From Octopus sinensis (taxonomy: Eukaryota): DNA of 64,000 nt. Under the pieces are notes generated by a model that was not told the DNA's origin, searched no databases, and saw only the letters and a list, made by a program, of their open reading frames with translations. Positions within the stretch are counted from its first letter, which is position 1; every line of letters begins with the position of its first letter. The stretch spans positions 23,870,001 through 23,934,000 of the forward strand of contig NC_042997.1 in the NCBI RefSeq assembly GCF_006345805.1, written 5' to 3'. The position numbers were made by a program, and so were the translations under genes. Shown in pieces: positions 1 to 12,033 of the stretch.

Positions 1-446
1 GTTGATCATTTCAGCTGAAGAGGAAACATAAATTACTATAAAATGATATAAGCGCTGAGGTCATAAATCAAGGTTCACCTCTCTTCACTTAAAGATACCA
101 AGATCAAATCCGGCAAGTGAGATAGGTGAGTTTTTCAGCTTAAGGTAGGGTATCGGGGGGAGTCTAGGGTCTAGCGGGGGTCGGCTGATTCGAGATTACT
201 GGTGTGCTTACTAGGTTTGGGTTGGTTTATGGGGGGTTTCCTTTGAGGGTTTGAGGCACTTTGGTGGGTGTGGAAGGTAAAAAGAAAGATTTAGGTTCGG
301 TGCGTACTTCTTCCACCTCCGGTTTTATTCTTATTTTTATTATTTTTTTGGCGGGGTGGGGTGCGCCGATGTCGACACGAACATGTATATCACATTTTTT
401 TTTGTATTTTTGGAGTCATTTGACACCTTTGTTTTACCTGCTATCA

Positions 447-497
447 GTGCCACTTCCATCATCATCATCATCATCATCACCCTCAACATCATCATCG

Positions 498-542
<45 letters not shown>

Positions 543-558
543 CCATCATCACCTCCAC

Positions 559-608
<50 letters not shown>

Positions 609-662
609 CCACCACCACCACCACCACACCAACAGCAACAACAACAGCAGCAGCAGCAGCAG
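447..662. repeat. Compound trinucleotide microsatellite (CAT)n-(CAC)n-(CAA/CAG)n
   Basis: Read directly; explains the poly-S/I/M/Q ORFs at 261-1003. Confidence 0.95.
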
Positions 663-869
663 CATTATCAACATTAACGGTGACACACCACTGTGGTTTG
701 CAGTTTCATTATCTTTCTCGACCACGACTCTTGCTGTCCCTAATGTTGCCAAACGCCATCAACGTCACCAGCCATCCGCCCGACCACCACCTAGTGCCAT
801 GTCGCCGCCTCTCCGCCCTCAGCTGCGCCGTTCTAAGTGTGACACCGCCATGGTTGTTGCTGATAGCGT

Positions 870-2615
870 CACAAACGTTACTACCACTAGCACAACTTGT
901 ATCAGAGCCACTACCGTATCAACCACGACAACCATCACAACCACCACCTGCACCACCACTATCACAACCACAACAACAGCCAACACAACCACTACTACTA
1001 TAACTACCACACAACTACTGCCATTACTACAATCAGCTACCACAACTATCGCCATAATTACCACAACCACCACTATAATTACCACCAACACCACCACAAC
1101 CGTTACTTCTAACACCATCACAACAACCACTGATACCACCAAGCTGCCAAAGCTACCAAAACCACTACTGCTACAACACAACTACAACCACCACCACAAT
1201 CATCACTGCTGCCGCAACAACCTGCGCCAATACCACAACCATCGCCACTACAACCATCGCCACTACAACCATCGCTTAAGCACTACGGAAAGACCACCAG
1301 GACTACAATGGTCATTACAACCACAACAGTTAGCATCACAATCACTACCATTACAAGCACACCCACCACTACCAAAACAACCACTTCTACCAATACCATC
1401 GCAACCACTGCCACCATTACCATCACAACCCCTATTACCACAACCACTATCACCACAACCACTGCTACCAATACCATCGCAACCACTGCCACCATTACCA
1501 TCACAACCCCTATTACCACAACCACTATCACCACAACCACTGCTACCAATACCATCGCAATCACTACCACCACTACCACCACTACCATCAGAACCACTAT
1601 CACCACAACCACTATCACTACAACCATTGCCACCAATACCATCACAACCACTACCACCATACCACTACTACCATCACAGCCACTATCAACACAACCACTA
1701 TCACCACAACCATTATCACCACCACCACCACCACTGCCACCATACCACCACTATCATCACAACCACTACCACCCCAACCACTATCATCACAACTACTATC
1801 AACTCAACCACTGCCACCATACCACCACTACCATCACAACTGCTACCACCATACCATCACTACCATCACAACCACTACCACCATTACCATCACCACCAAT
1901 ATCACCATACCACCACTACCATCACAACCTCTACCACCATAACCACTATCACCACAACCACTGCCAGCAATAGCATCACAACCGATACCACCATACCACC
2001 ACTACTATCACAACCACTACGACCACTATCACCACAATCACTATCACCACAACCACTACCACCAATACCATTACAACCACTGCCACCAGTACCTCCACTA
2101 CTATCATAACCATTACCAGCACAACTACTATCACCACAACCACTGCTACCAATACCATCACAAAACTACCACCACTACCGGCACAGCCACTACCACCACA
2201 ACCACTATAACCACAATTACTGCCACCAACACCACCACTGCTATCACAACCACTACCATCACAACCACTACTATCACAACCACTACCACCATAACAACTA
2301 TCACCACAACCGCTACCATCACGACCACCACAACCACAATCACCAGAACCATTGCCACCAATACCATCACGGCCATTACCACCACAACCACTATCAACAC
2401 AATTACTGCCACCAACACCACCACTACCATCACAACCACTACCATCACAACCACTACCACCATAACAACTATCACCACAACCGCTACCATCACAACCACT
2501 ATCACCAGAACCATTGCCACCAACACCATCACAACTGCTACCACCACAAGCACATGCACAGCAATAACCACCAGATCCACCGCAACAATCACCCACAATC
2601 ATCGCTACTTCCACT
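870..2615. repeat. ACC/ACT/ACA/ATC-rich low-complexity tract with internal 78-bp and ~180-bp tandem duplications
   Basis: 78-bp unit (TNTIATTATITITTPITTTTITTTTA frame) about 2.3 times at ~1388-1560; ~180-bp block repeated at ~2200-2380 and ~2385-2540. Confidence 0.9.
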
Positions 2616-2629
2616 AACGATCAGCCAAT

Positions 2630-2822
2630 GTGAGACTCTGGGACTATTTGAAATAGCAGCCAAATCGCCCTTGAATCGCACCCTACCGTCTTAGGGAAGA
2701 ACATTTTAGATAATGAGGTAATAGGCTCCTGGTGCATAGGAATAAGATGGAATTGGCAAGACTGGAATATCTTTGATATGTATGCTGGATCGGAGCTGAC
2801 CTGGGGCTAAACAACACCAGCA
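2630..2822 (+). mobile_element. Unclassified dispersed repeat (family E), SINE/LINE-like 3' part ending ...ctgacctggggctaaacaac
   Basis: Shares gaaatagcagccaaatc..cc.t.aa.c.caccc with 3120-3235; the same tail occurs reversed at 14345-14440. Confidence 0.5.
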
Positions 2823-3119
2823 ACTTTTACCATCACTGCCAACCAACTACCACCACCCCCAACACCAGCGCTACTACTACTACTACTACTACCACCCCCA
2901 CCCCCACCACCACCACCACCACCACCAACACTGCTATCGTTACTACTACTACTACTATTACCACCACCACCACTACCACTGCTATCGTTACTACTACTAC
3001 TACTACTACCACCACCACCACTGTCACTACCGCAATACTACTTCTAACATCACCATCACTTCCACTACTATACCCCACCGCTACATCACGATAGTTACCA
3101 CTATTATATCCTCTATCGC

Positions 3120-3235
3120 TGAGGGTCAATACGAGAGCTTCTATAGGGTCATTCGACCTGCTAGATATAGCAACCAAAAATTCCCTCAAACCACCCCATT
3201 ACTGTCTTATAAAAAAGAAGGACCCACTGTGTAAT
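3120..3235 (+). mobile_element. Family E fragment
   Basis: ggtcattcgacctgctagatatagcaaccaaaaattccctcaaaccaccc aligns to 2640-2700 and 3965-4000. Confidence 0.45.
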
Positions 3236-3510
3236 ATAATCCAATCACCACCACCACCACCATCACAACTACTTACTCTCACCCAACTACACTCTTTACA
3301 AGCACTGCTACCCCAACCATCACCACCAGTACTATACTAACTACTACTACCACCACAAACATTGCCAACAATTAATCCACTACTACGACTGCTGCTATTA
3401 CTACCACCATTAACAATATCAGTACACTATCTCCCCACACATTAATGTTACCACCAAGATCGTTACTGCATTCACCATCATCAACACCACCACCACCACC
3501 ATATGGAATT

Positions 3511-3789
3511 AATGGTTTCAAATTTTGGCACAAGGCCAGCAGTCTTTGAGGGGAGGGGAGTGTCGGTTACATCGATTCCATTATTGACAGGTACTTGTTT
3601 TATCGACCTCGAGAAAGCTGAAAAGCAAAGTCGACCTCGGCGAAATTTCAGCTCAGAACATTTATCGATCTCGACAGAATGAAAGGCATTGTCGATCACA
3701 GTCAAATCTGAGTTCAGAACATAAAGACTGACGAAATACCTCTACCGTTTCTGATAAAGCGTGCTAACGATTCTGCCAGCCCGCTGCCT
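3511..3789 (-). mobile_element. tRNA-derived SINE-A, beta tail (ggccttgtgccaaaatttgaaacc)
   Basis: Head ggcagcgggctggcagaatcgttagcacg, core gtcgactttgc-tttc-gtcgataaaa, small internal duplication. Confidence 0.85.
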
Positions 3790-3819
3790 TCGCTTGTACG
3801 ATAGGTACAAGACCTTAAA

Positions 3820-3935
3820 TTTTTTTGGGGGGGTGGGGGGTAATCGATTACATCGACCCCAGTACGCAAATGATACTTAATTCATCGACACCGATAGGAT
3901 GAAAGACAAAGTCGACCTCAGAGGAATTTCAACCC
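3820..3935 (-). mobile_element. SINE-A 5'-truncated copy
   Basis: Core gaggtcgactttgtctttcatcctatcggtgtcgatg...ctggggtcgatgtaatcga. Confidence 0.75.
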
Positions 3936-3994
3936 ATTATGAGATAATAACGGAGCTTCTACGTGGGTCACACGATCTGCTTGAAACAGCAACC

Positions 3995-4100
3995 AAAACT
4001 TCCAACCATACCCTCCAGCCTGATATACCCTCCACCCTTCATCAGGTGTCTTGGGGAAATATCGAACCTGGGTTCTCATTCCTAAGCTATTTTTCGATGT
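3995..4100 (-). mobile_element. Penelope-like terminus fragment with broken hammerhead
   Basis: Minus strand gacacCTGATGAagggtggagggtatatcag is homologous to the 51568-51737 arms; the GAAAC half is missing. Confidence 0.6.
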
Positions 4101-4129
4101 TAATATTATCATTATTATTATTATTATTG

Positions 4130-4471
4130 AGTGAGAGAGCAGTTCATGCCATCAAAGTGACACTGGGGTAAAATATACGAAGCCCAATATACCCATCATG
4201 ACTACCTGTCTGATAAGGGTACACCAGGCACATGCATCACAACCATATGTGCGCGACATGGTGATCTCATATCAAGATAAACAGCACATGACCTTGCAGG
4301 TTAGAAATTTCTTCAGGTTGAGTAGCCCATCCCTCTCAAAAGGTCCCTGAATAAGGGTTGTTTAAGGATGTTGAAAGAACCACCCATGTTTCCAGAGGTG
4401 AATTATTCAAACCCTAAAGAATCCCTCTCAACACATGGCTATGATGCTCCCCCACTACTTCTGCTCGTGAT
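4130..4471 (-). mobile_element. Unclassified non-coding insert flanked on both sides by (TAA)n; probable 3' end of a second TAA-targeting retroelement
   Basis: (ATT)n at 4104-4129 and 4472-4499; no ORF; class is inferred from context only. Confidence 0.4.
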
Positions 4472-4596
4472 CATTATTATTATTATTATTATTATTATTC
4501 AGTAGTTTTATTTTTATAGCGTGCTTTCACTTCACTACCGAGCGCAGCTCTGTATGCCTTGGGTATGTGCTGTGATTTGTTGTGATGCTCTGATGG

Positions 4597-5700
4597 TTAT
4601 TGTATGGAAAGTGTTCTGCGTAGGATGTGTGCAATGCCTAGTAGTGCAATTTTCTGTATGTTATATGTGTTTGTAAGTCCTGGTGTTTTTGTTATGTATT
4701 TGTCTGAATATTTTTTTATCATGCCTAATGCACCTACTATGATAGGAATTGTTTTTGTTTTCAGGTTCCACATTCTGGTTACCTCTGTTTCCAGGTCTTT
4801 GTATTTTGAGAGTTTCTCCATTTCTTTTAGAGACACGTTGTCATCTGCTGGTATTGATACATCAATTAGAAAGCATTTTTTTTCTTCATGATCTCTGACA
4901 ACTATATCTGGTCTGTTGGCCTTAATTTCTCTATCTGTGTGTATCGGCATATCCCAGAGTATGGTTGCTTTCTCGTTTTCTGTGACCTTTTCTGGTGTGT
5001 GCCTATACCATCTTTTTTCTGTTGTTATTCCATAATGTTGGCATAGCTTCCAATGTATGTAGGTTCCAACTCTGTCATGTCTGTGAATATATTCCTTCTT
5101 AGCCAGGACTGGGCAGCTAGAGATAATATGATTTATTGTTTCTTGTCCATCTCCACATATTCTGCAGTTACTTGTAATATTTCTTTTCATTACATGTTTT
5201 TGGTAATTTCTGGTGGGGAGGCTTTGGTCTTGTGCTGCAATTAAAAATCCCTCTGTTTCTGCTTTGAGTCCTGAGCTTCTCAACCATTGCTGGGATTTTT
5301 CTTTGTCTATTTCTTTTGCGTTTAGTTTAGTGCAGTATTTACCATGAAGGGGCTTTTCTTGCCATCGTTTTATCATGGCTCGTTGCTGTTCTATTTTTAG
5401 TTTGGATTTCATTTGTTTTATAGCTTTTGTTGTTTCTTCATCATCTTCTTCTTCTTCTTTGTGTTTATTAGGTGGTATGATTTCTTGTTTGTATTTGTCA
5501 GCTTCCTTAAATACTGAGAACAGTTTTTTGTTTTGCTCGTGTTTTGCTGCTATCTGGATCAGTTTTCCTTCCTTCTGAAGTAGGTATTTTTGCAGTCCTA
5601 TGGTGGTTATTTTATAGTAGTTTTCCAGCTGTATAAGGCCTCTACCACCTTCTATACGTTGTATATATAGTCTTTCTATGTCAGATTTTGGGTGATGCAT
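4597..5700 (-). CDS. C-terminal portion of R4/Dong ORF (zinc knuckle + PD-(D/E)xK endonuclease)
   Basis: 367 uninterrupted codons; MHHPKSDIERLY..GGRGL, EKPLHG, LIAAQDQSL, CCHC and RLE motifs; the Met is internal, and the frame continues upstream across single-base frameshifts. Confidence 0.9.
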   Translation of the reverse strand: MHHPKSDIERLYIQRIEGGRGLIQLENYYKITTIGLQKYLLQKEGKLIQIAAKHEQNKKLFSVFKEADKYKQEIIPPNKHKEEEEDDEETTKAIKQMKSKLKIEQQRAMIKRWQEKPLHGKYCTKLNAKEIDKEKSQQWLRSSGLKAETEGFLIAAQDQSLPTRNYQKHVMKRNITSNCRICGDGQETINHIISSCPVLAKKEYIHRHDRVGTYIHWKLCQHYGITTEKRWYRHTPEKVTENEKATILWDMPIHTDREIKANRPDIVVRDHEEKKCFLIDVSIPADDNVSLKEMEKLSKYKDLETEVTRMWNLKTKTIPIIVGALGMIKKYSDKYITKTPGLTNTYNIQKIALLGIAHILRRTLSIQ

Positions 5701-6655
5701 CCTAGATCCTGTCAGTATTTTTCTTGTTTTCCTATCTATTTTGGACAGTTCATTTCGAGTCCAGTTAAGGATATTGTAGCTGTAACTTATAACTGGGACA
5801 GCTAAAGTGTTGATACCTATTATCTTGTTTTTAGCATTGAGCTCTGTTTTTAGTATTGATCTAACTCGTCTATATATTCTTTTTTTATTTTCTCTTTCAT
5901 TTGTGTGTGTTGTGTCTTATCTAGTTCATGGATTCCTAAGTATTTGTAAGTTTGGCTTTGGTCTAATTCTTTTATTCATTGGTTTTATCTAGTGTGATGT
6001 TGTTACTCTTAACTAGTTTTCCTCTTTTCATGGTTACTTTGGCGCATTTTTCTAATCCAAATTTCATATCTATTTCTTTGGTAAATCCATGAACTGTCTT
6101 TAATAGTGTTTCCAGCTGTTTGTCATTTGCAGCGTATAGTTTTAGGTCATCCATATATAAAAGGTGGCTGATCGTTTTGCCGTAACATTTATATCCGCAT
6201 CCAGTTCTACTTAGCATATCAGATAGAGGTGACAGTGCCAAGCAGAAAAGGAGTGGAGAGAGCGTGTCTCCCTGGAATATTCCTCTTCTAATGGGGATGT
6301 CTTTGGTTTTCATGAGTCCCTCTTTTGTTTGAAGGTTGTAGGACTGTTTGCCATTTATTCATAGAGTGCTCTATGAATTTTATGATTGTTGGTGCTACTT
6401 TGTTAATGGCTAGTGTTTCGAGGATCCATGTGTGGGGGATGCTATCAAACGCCTTTTTGTAGTCAATCCAGGCCATACTGAGGCCTTTCTTCTTTCTGTG
6501 GCTGTCTTCAGTTACGACTTTATTAATCATTAGTTGATCTTACAGCCATATGAGCCCTTGCGGCATCCTTTCTGCTCTTCTGGGAACAGTTTGTTTTCGT
6601 CCAGGTGCTTGTTCAGCCTTTGCGATATCACTGCAGTAAATGCCTTGAACATAGT
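5701..6655 (-). pseudogene. Reverse transcriptase domain of the Dong element, broken by about three single-base frameshifts
   Basis: ORF pieces 6288-6530 and 5972-6313 plus upstream FPEEQKGCR and downstream TYKYLGI..RRVRSILKTELNAKNK..DRKTRK. Confidence 0.88.
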
Positions 6656-6677
6656 ATTATTATTATTATTATTATTA

Positions 6678-6736
<59 letters not shown>

Positions 6737-6745
6737 TATTATTAT
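6655..6745. repeat. (TAT)n microsatellite, 5' flank of the Dong insertion
   Basis: Direct. Confidence 0.95.
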
Positions 6746-6841
6746 TGTTCAGATTCTCAGTTCGATTTCGGGCAGTGACCTGTATAATAATAACATATAT
6801 TAGTTGTGACCGCCTTGTCATTTTAGTAAAATATAGAACAA

Positions 6842-7030
6842 CATTCAGAAACCTAGCTCTGTGAGTTTCACTAAGGCTAGAGATGGGATCGATGACCTCC
6901 CTTGTAAATGGTATACGGACATAAACTGTGAGTCGAAAGCCAGCTGTAAAAGATGTTTTCCTGGGGCTAAAACAACAGTAACATCGTCCTTTATAGGACT
7001 GCCACATTCTTTTGGCACATAAACATTACT
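6842..7030. other. Unclassified ~190-bp dispersed repeat, copy 1 (copy 2 at 15816-16005)
   Basis: cattcagaaacctag..ctagagatggga.cgatgacctccctt..gccagctgtaaaagatgttttcctgggg.taaaacaacagta.catcgtccttta shared between the copies. Confidence 0.8.
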
Positions 7031-7082
7031 ATACATAATACATATACACACACACACACACACAGATATATACATATATATA

Positions 7083-7179
<97 letters not shown>

Positions 7180-7659
7180 TAATATATATATATAAATACC
7201 TAAAACGACTATACAGTATATTTCCACAATACCCCTTAGGTAATCCCAATAACCTTATAAATCTACATTTTAACTCTTAATCCCTATCTAATTCCTCACT
7301 CATTCTCGAATATCACAACTATCTAATTATATTCGTGTGTATATGCGTGCATGCATATGTGCGTGCATGCATATGGGCATGCATGCATATGTGCGTGTAC
7401 ATGTATGTGTGTATGTATGTATGTGTGTATGCATGTGTGTGTGTATGTGTGAATGTATGTATGCAAGTTATATATACCTGCGTGTATAGGGGTGATAATA
7501 CATACAGATACACGTATATATTGATAAGCATGTGTACATATACATATGAGTACGGGTTATCTATGTAGCTATTGATATGTATAAACATCTGTACAAATAT
7601 ACATATACATGTCTAATATATACATATGTATACATCTTCACATATATATTTTCTTCTAC

Positions 7660-8430
7660 TACTAAACACTGACCTGTCCAACCACCTAATCTATATTCCT
7701 AAATTCTTCATTTCATACTACTACCTGTCTCTCTGCCCCATCACTTAGGCTCTATCATTACATAACTGACACTCCTTTACCTTTTACATTATTATACCTC
7801 TCTCTCACACACCCTCGTTCCTTCTATCTTTTTACACTCTAATACCTTTCTCTCTCTATCACCCTCATCTCCCCATTCCTACTTTCAAATTAACTTGACT
7901 GACCTCTAGCTTGTACACTTACCCTTATTATCTCTCTCCTTGTTTTACTTTTTCTTTTTTCTTTCTTTTCTTTATTCCTCTATTGCTGCTTTTTCTTCTT
8001 TTTTCTTCTTTTTTCTCTTTTCTTTATTCCTCTCATCCTGTTTTCCATTTGACCTCACAAATACATTCCCTACTTTTAGGTCACTTTAAATAAAACCCTT
8101 GATACGATAGCACTGTGTACAAACTTTATACTTGGAATGACCAATTTTAAATACTATTGGCTTGTACTCACGAGGTATTGGAATCTTATTCTGCCTAAAT
8201 AATGGATCTACAAATGCAATATCCCTGCATATCTCACATCTATTTTCATTCCTCCACTTCACTCTCTATTTCGCATCCTCTCTAAATTAACTATTGCTTA
8301 ACCATTTTCTCACACCGTCTCCGATGAAGGGATATAATAAATATCCTGGGAACAGCTGTAAGACTTTCTATTTATAAATGTTCTAAAATCTTCACAGCCT
8401 TGGTTTTTTTTGTTTCTCATTCTGAAAAAA
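7660..8430 (+). mobile_element. Penelope-like 3'UTR/pseudo-LTR remnant ending at (TA)n
   Basis: C/T-rich UTR-like stretch, then a hammerhead-like motif; the end is homologous to 30990-31230 (minus). Confidence 0.65.
8317..8364 (+). ncRNA. Degenerate minimal type I hammerhead motif (U4C, A13G)
   Basis: GTCT-CCGATGA-A-GGGATAT/ATATCCT-G-GGAAC-AGCT-GTA-AGAC: stem I, stem II, palindromic stem III loop. Confidence 0.6.
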
Positions 8431-8468
8431 TTTATATATATATATATATATTATATATATATATACAT

Positions 8469-8634
8469 AGGCGCAGGAGTGGCTGTGTGGTAAGTAGCTT
8501 GCTAACCAACCACATGGTTCCGGGTTCAGTCCCACTGTGTGGCACCTTGAGCAAGTGTCTTCTGCTATAGCCTCGGGCCGACCAAAGCCTTGTTAGTAGA
8601 TTTGGTAGACGGAAACTGAAAGAAGCCCGTCGTA

Positions 8635-8693
<59 letters not shown>

Positions 8694-8912
8694 TTGTGTG
8701 TCTGTGTTTGTCCCCCTAACATTGCTTGACAACCGATGCTTGTGTGTCTACGTCCCCGCCACCTAGCGGTTCGGCAAAAGAGACCGAGAGAATAAGTACT
8801 GGGCTTACTAAGAATAAGTTCCTTCCGGGGCGATTTCATCGACTAAAGGCGGTGCTCCAGCATGGCCGCAGTCAAATGACTGAAACAAGTAAAAGAGAAA
8901 AGAGTAAAAGAG
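8469..8912 (+). mobile_element. tRNA-derived SINE-B, full length with central (TA)n(TG)n
   Basis: A-box-like tggctgtgtgg, B-box-like ggttcagtccc, body caccttgagcaagtgtcttc, tail gactgaaacaagtaaaagag. Confidence 0.92.
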
Positions 8913-8936
8913 ATATATATAAAATAATATATATAT

Positions 8937-8994
<58 letters not shown>

Positions 8995-9054
8995 TAATGC
9001 AAAAGTAGGCATAGCTGACATAATCGTTGAAATTATTGGTAGAGGAAGTCTTCC

Positions 9055-9281
9055 TCTCTTTTACTCTTTTACTTGTTTCAGTCATTTGACTGCGGCCATG
9101 CTGGAGCACCGCCTTTAGTCGAGCAAATCGACCCCGGGACTTATTCTTTGTAAGCCCAGTACTTATTCTATCGGACTCTTTTGCTGAACCGCTAAGTGAC
9201 GGGGACGTAAACACACATCGGTTGTCAAGCAATGCTAGGGGGACAAAACACACACACAAAAACACACACACATACACACAC

Positions 9282-9318
<37 letters not shown>

Positions 9319-9327
9319 ACACACATA

Positions 9328-9384
<57 letters not shown>

Positions 9385-9560
9385 ATATATTATACACGAC
9401 AGGCTTCTTTCTGTTTCCGTCTACCAAATCCACTCACAAGGCATTGGTCGGCCCGGGGCTATAGCAGAAGACACTTGCCCAAGATGCCACGCAGTGGGAC
9501 TGAATCCGGAACCATGTGGTTGGTTAGCAAGCTACGTACCACACAGCCACTCCTGCGTCT
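9055..9560 (-). mobile_element. SINE-B full length, inverted relative to 8469-8912
   Basis: Reverse complement matches the SINE-B head, central microsatellite and tail. Confidence 0.92.
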
Positions 9561-9597
9561 ATACAAGAACATTATATGTACAGTAGTAGGCAGTACT

Positions 9598-10345
9598 TAA
9601 TCTCCATCTTAAGCGACGCATTTGCGCCATCGCTGAATTCGTCACACGAATCTCCTTTGGAAAATTATATGTAAGCTCTTTTACCAAACAGTTTACAGTC
9701 ACTTTCACCTCATCTGTGTTGTCAAATCGTTGTTCATTGGAGTGAACAGGTCCAATGAAGGACAGAGCGCCAGATCGGAGCAGATTTTTGCCCTTCTTCT
9801 CTTTCAAATTGTTTCAATTGTCAAGGTACTCACTTTGCGCACACTTTTTGATACTTGAAGCAATGCATTTTCAACACATTTGCAACCTCATGGATTATGA
9901 CATACCTGTCTGCGCCAATCAACAAATCAGTTCACTCGCTGCTAGCGATTTGTGTTGATGGTCTCTCGCTGTATGGTTTGCGGCGAGCTGGCAGAAACGT
10001 TAGCACGCTGGGCGAAATGCGTAGCCGTATTTCGTCTGCCGTTACGTTCTGAGTTCAAACTCCGCCGAGGTTGACTTTGCCTTTCATCCTTTCGGGGTCG
10101 ATTAAATAAGTACCAGTTACGCACTGGGGGTCGATATAATCGACTTAATCCGTGTGTTTGTCCTCTCTTTGTGTTTAGCCCCTTGTGGGTAGTAAAAAAA
10201 TAGGTTTGCATTCAAGGCTGATTTCCCTTCATTTAAACTTCCTCCTCCATCTGTACACATTACTTTCGTCAATGGTGTCATCTCTGTTAAAAAACCTGTA
10301 GCCTCCTGCTGAAGATAGCGATCAGAGGGCAAAACCTTCTTTGTC
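9598..10345 (-). pseudogene. Mariner-type transposase fossil, internally deleted, interrupted by SINE-A
   Basis: Across frames: DESNVYRWRRKFK (HTH), KVCAK*VP (KVCARWVP-like), RWRKCVA*DGD (C-terminus). Confidence 0.65.
9981..10202 (+). mobile_element. SINE-A monomer, alpha tail, 6-7 bp TSD ggtttg(c)
   Basis: cggcgagctggcagaaacgttagc..gagttcaaactcc..gccccttgtgggtagtaaaaaaata; TSD at 9975-9980 and 10203-10208. Confidence 0.92.
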
Positions 10346-11509
10346 AAGATCTTAATGACTACATGTTAATTCTGACTGGGACCCATTATTATTCTGCTCT
10401 CTACCAACCTATGCAATTTGAAAGGCCTCAGTCAATTAGAGAAAAAAAAATTGAACTCACTTTCGAATCATTGTGTATGTGTGTGCATGTGTGTGCAGTG
10501 TGTGCGTCTGTTATGTGTGTGCGTGTGAGCGTGTGCATGTATATGTATGCCTGTATGTAATGAAGCCTACACATATATCGCTATACTTCTCTCACTTTTC
10601 AATTTCCGTACCAGGTTTTCCCTTGCTCTCTTTTAGTCTTTCACCTCAAGACTTCTCTGCCTCCCCCCCTCTTCCTCCTCCTTCCTCCTCCTCCCCCTCT
10701 TGGCTTTTTTAGCTTTCTTTTCATACTTCTTTTTCATTTTTGATGTGTCTGATTGACTGCATTCGCACGCAGATTTCTTTCTGTAGCTTTTACCCCGATT
10801 TTCTTACTATTTCGTCACTCCCTCTGTATGTGTGTATCAGTCTGTCTGTCTGTCTGCCTCTCTGTCTGCCTGCCTGTCTGCCTGCCTGCCTGCCTGCCTG
10901 TCACTTTCTAAACCTTAACTCTAATTCAGACGAACAGTCGTTTAACCTTCACCAAGCAAAGCTGTCGATTAGTTTCAAGAAGACCTATCGCTGACAGCAA
11001 GTGCTAATTTTGCACTTTATCATGGCACCGCCTAAAAATCCATTCCCCTACCACCACCACCGCCACCACCGCCGCCACCACCACCACCACCATCACCACC
11101 ACCAACAACGACAACAACAACACTTCACAAACCTATACTCACACCTTCCTCGCGATCACTTTTGGTAATTTTTCTTGTTTTGAAAGGCACAGTGAAAAGG
11201 CAACATTAAGATTCCAGCTCACGCAGTAAGAGAGTAATTAAAAGACGAGATTTCACGAGATTTGTAATTCTGTGACTTGATCTTTGATACGCATTTTCTT
11301 ATTTTTTTATTTTTTTTATTTTTCTTAAGACGGAAACTGAAATTACCAAATGTTGTTGTCGCTGTTCTTGCTGATTGCTCGTTGTACCAGACTCTGTGCA
11401 TATGTGTGCAAGGATGAAGGTGAAAAGAAGGATTAGAGAGAGAAAGAGGGTGGTTGAGGAAGACCGAGAGAGAGGGAAGGAGACAGAGGGAAAAGTTGAG
11501 AGAAAGGGT

Positions 11510-11511
11510 AA

Positions 11512-11586
<75 letters not shown>

Positions 11587-11591
11587 TATTA

Positions 11592-11629
<38 letters not shown>

Positions 11630-11665
11630 TATTATTATTATTTTATTATTATTATTATTATTATT

Positions 11666-11701
<36 letters not shown>

Positions 11702-11745
11702 GTCGTCGTCATCATCATCATCCTCATCATCATCATCATCATCAT
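11510..11745. repeat. (TTA)n then (CAT)n microsatellite
   Basis: Direct. Confidence 0.95.
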
Positions 11746-12033
11746 CTTCCGTATTGTTGTTTATAATAGGATTAACAGGTGTGTATGACATACAGAATGA
11801 CTGTATGAGTGAGAGAGGGAGAGAGAGTGAGGGGGAGAGATGGGAAAGAGAGAGGGGAGAGAGGGTGGGGAGAATCAAGAGTATTAAAAGAGATATATCT
11901 ACATTTATTACTCGAGATACCAGAAAAACACACACGCACATACACATGCATTTATATATGCATGTGTATGTATGCCTGTGTGCGTGCGCATATGCAAAGA
12001 TATATACATACATCTATCTATCTATCTATCTAT

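Larger units (their letters stand above)
4500..6657 (-). mobile_element. R4/Dong-type non-LTR retrotransposon (RT + CCHC + restriction-like endonuclease), 5'-truncated, inserted in (TAA)n
   Basis: RT motifs WIDYKKAFDS, RRGIFQGDTLSPLLF, YMDDLKLYA, YKYLGI; CRICGDGQETINHIISSC knuckle; RPDIVV..LIDVSIP..EKLSKYKDL; ~95-bp 3'UTR; (TAA)n on both sides. Confidence 0.95.

Noticed and set aside
12-30. cagCTGAAGAgGAAACat as a hammerhead
   Set aside because: No stem II between the core halves and no NUH/stem I partner.
1-340. LINE ORF1/5' fragment on the minus strand
   Set aside because: Pro-rich reading with stops and no diagnostic motif.
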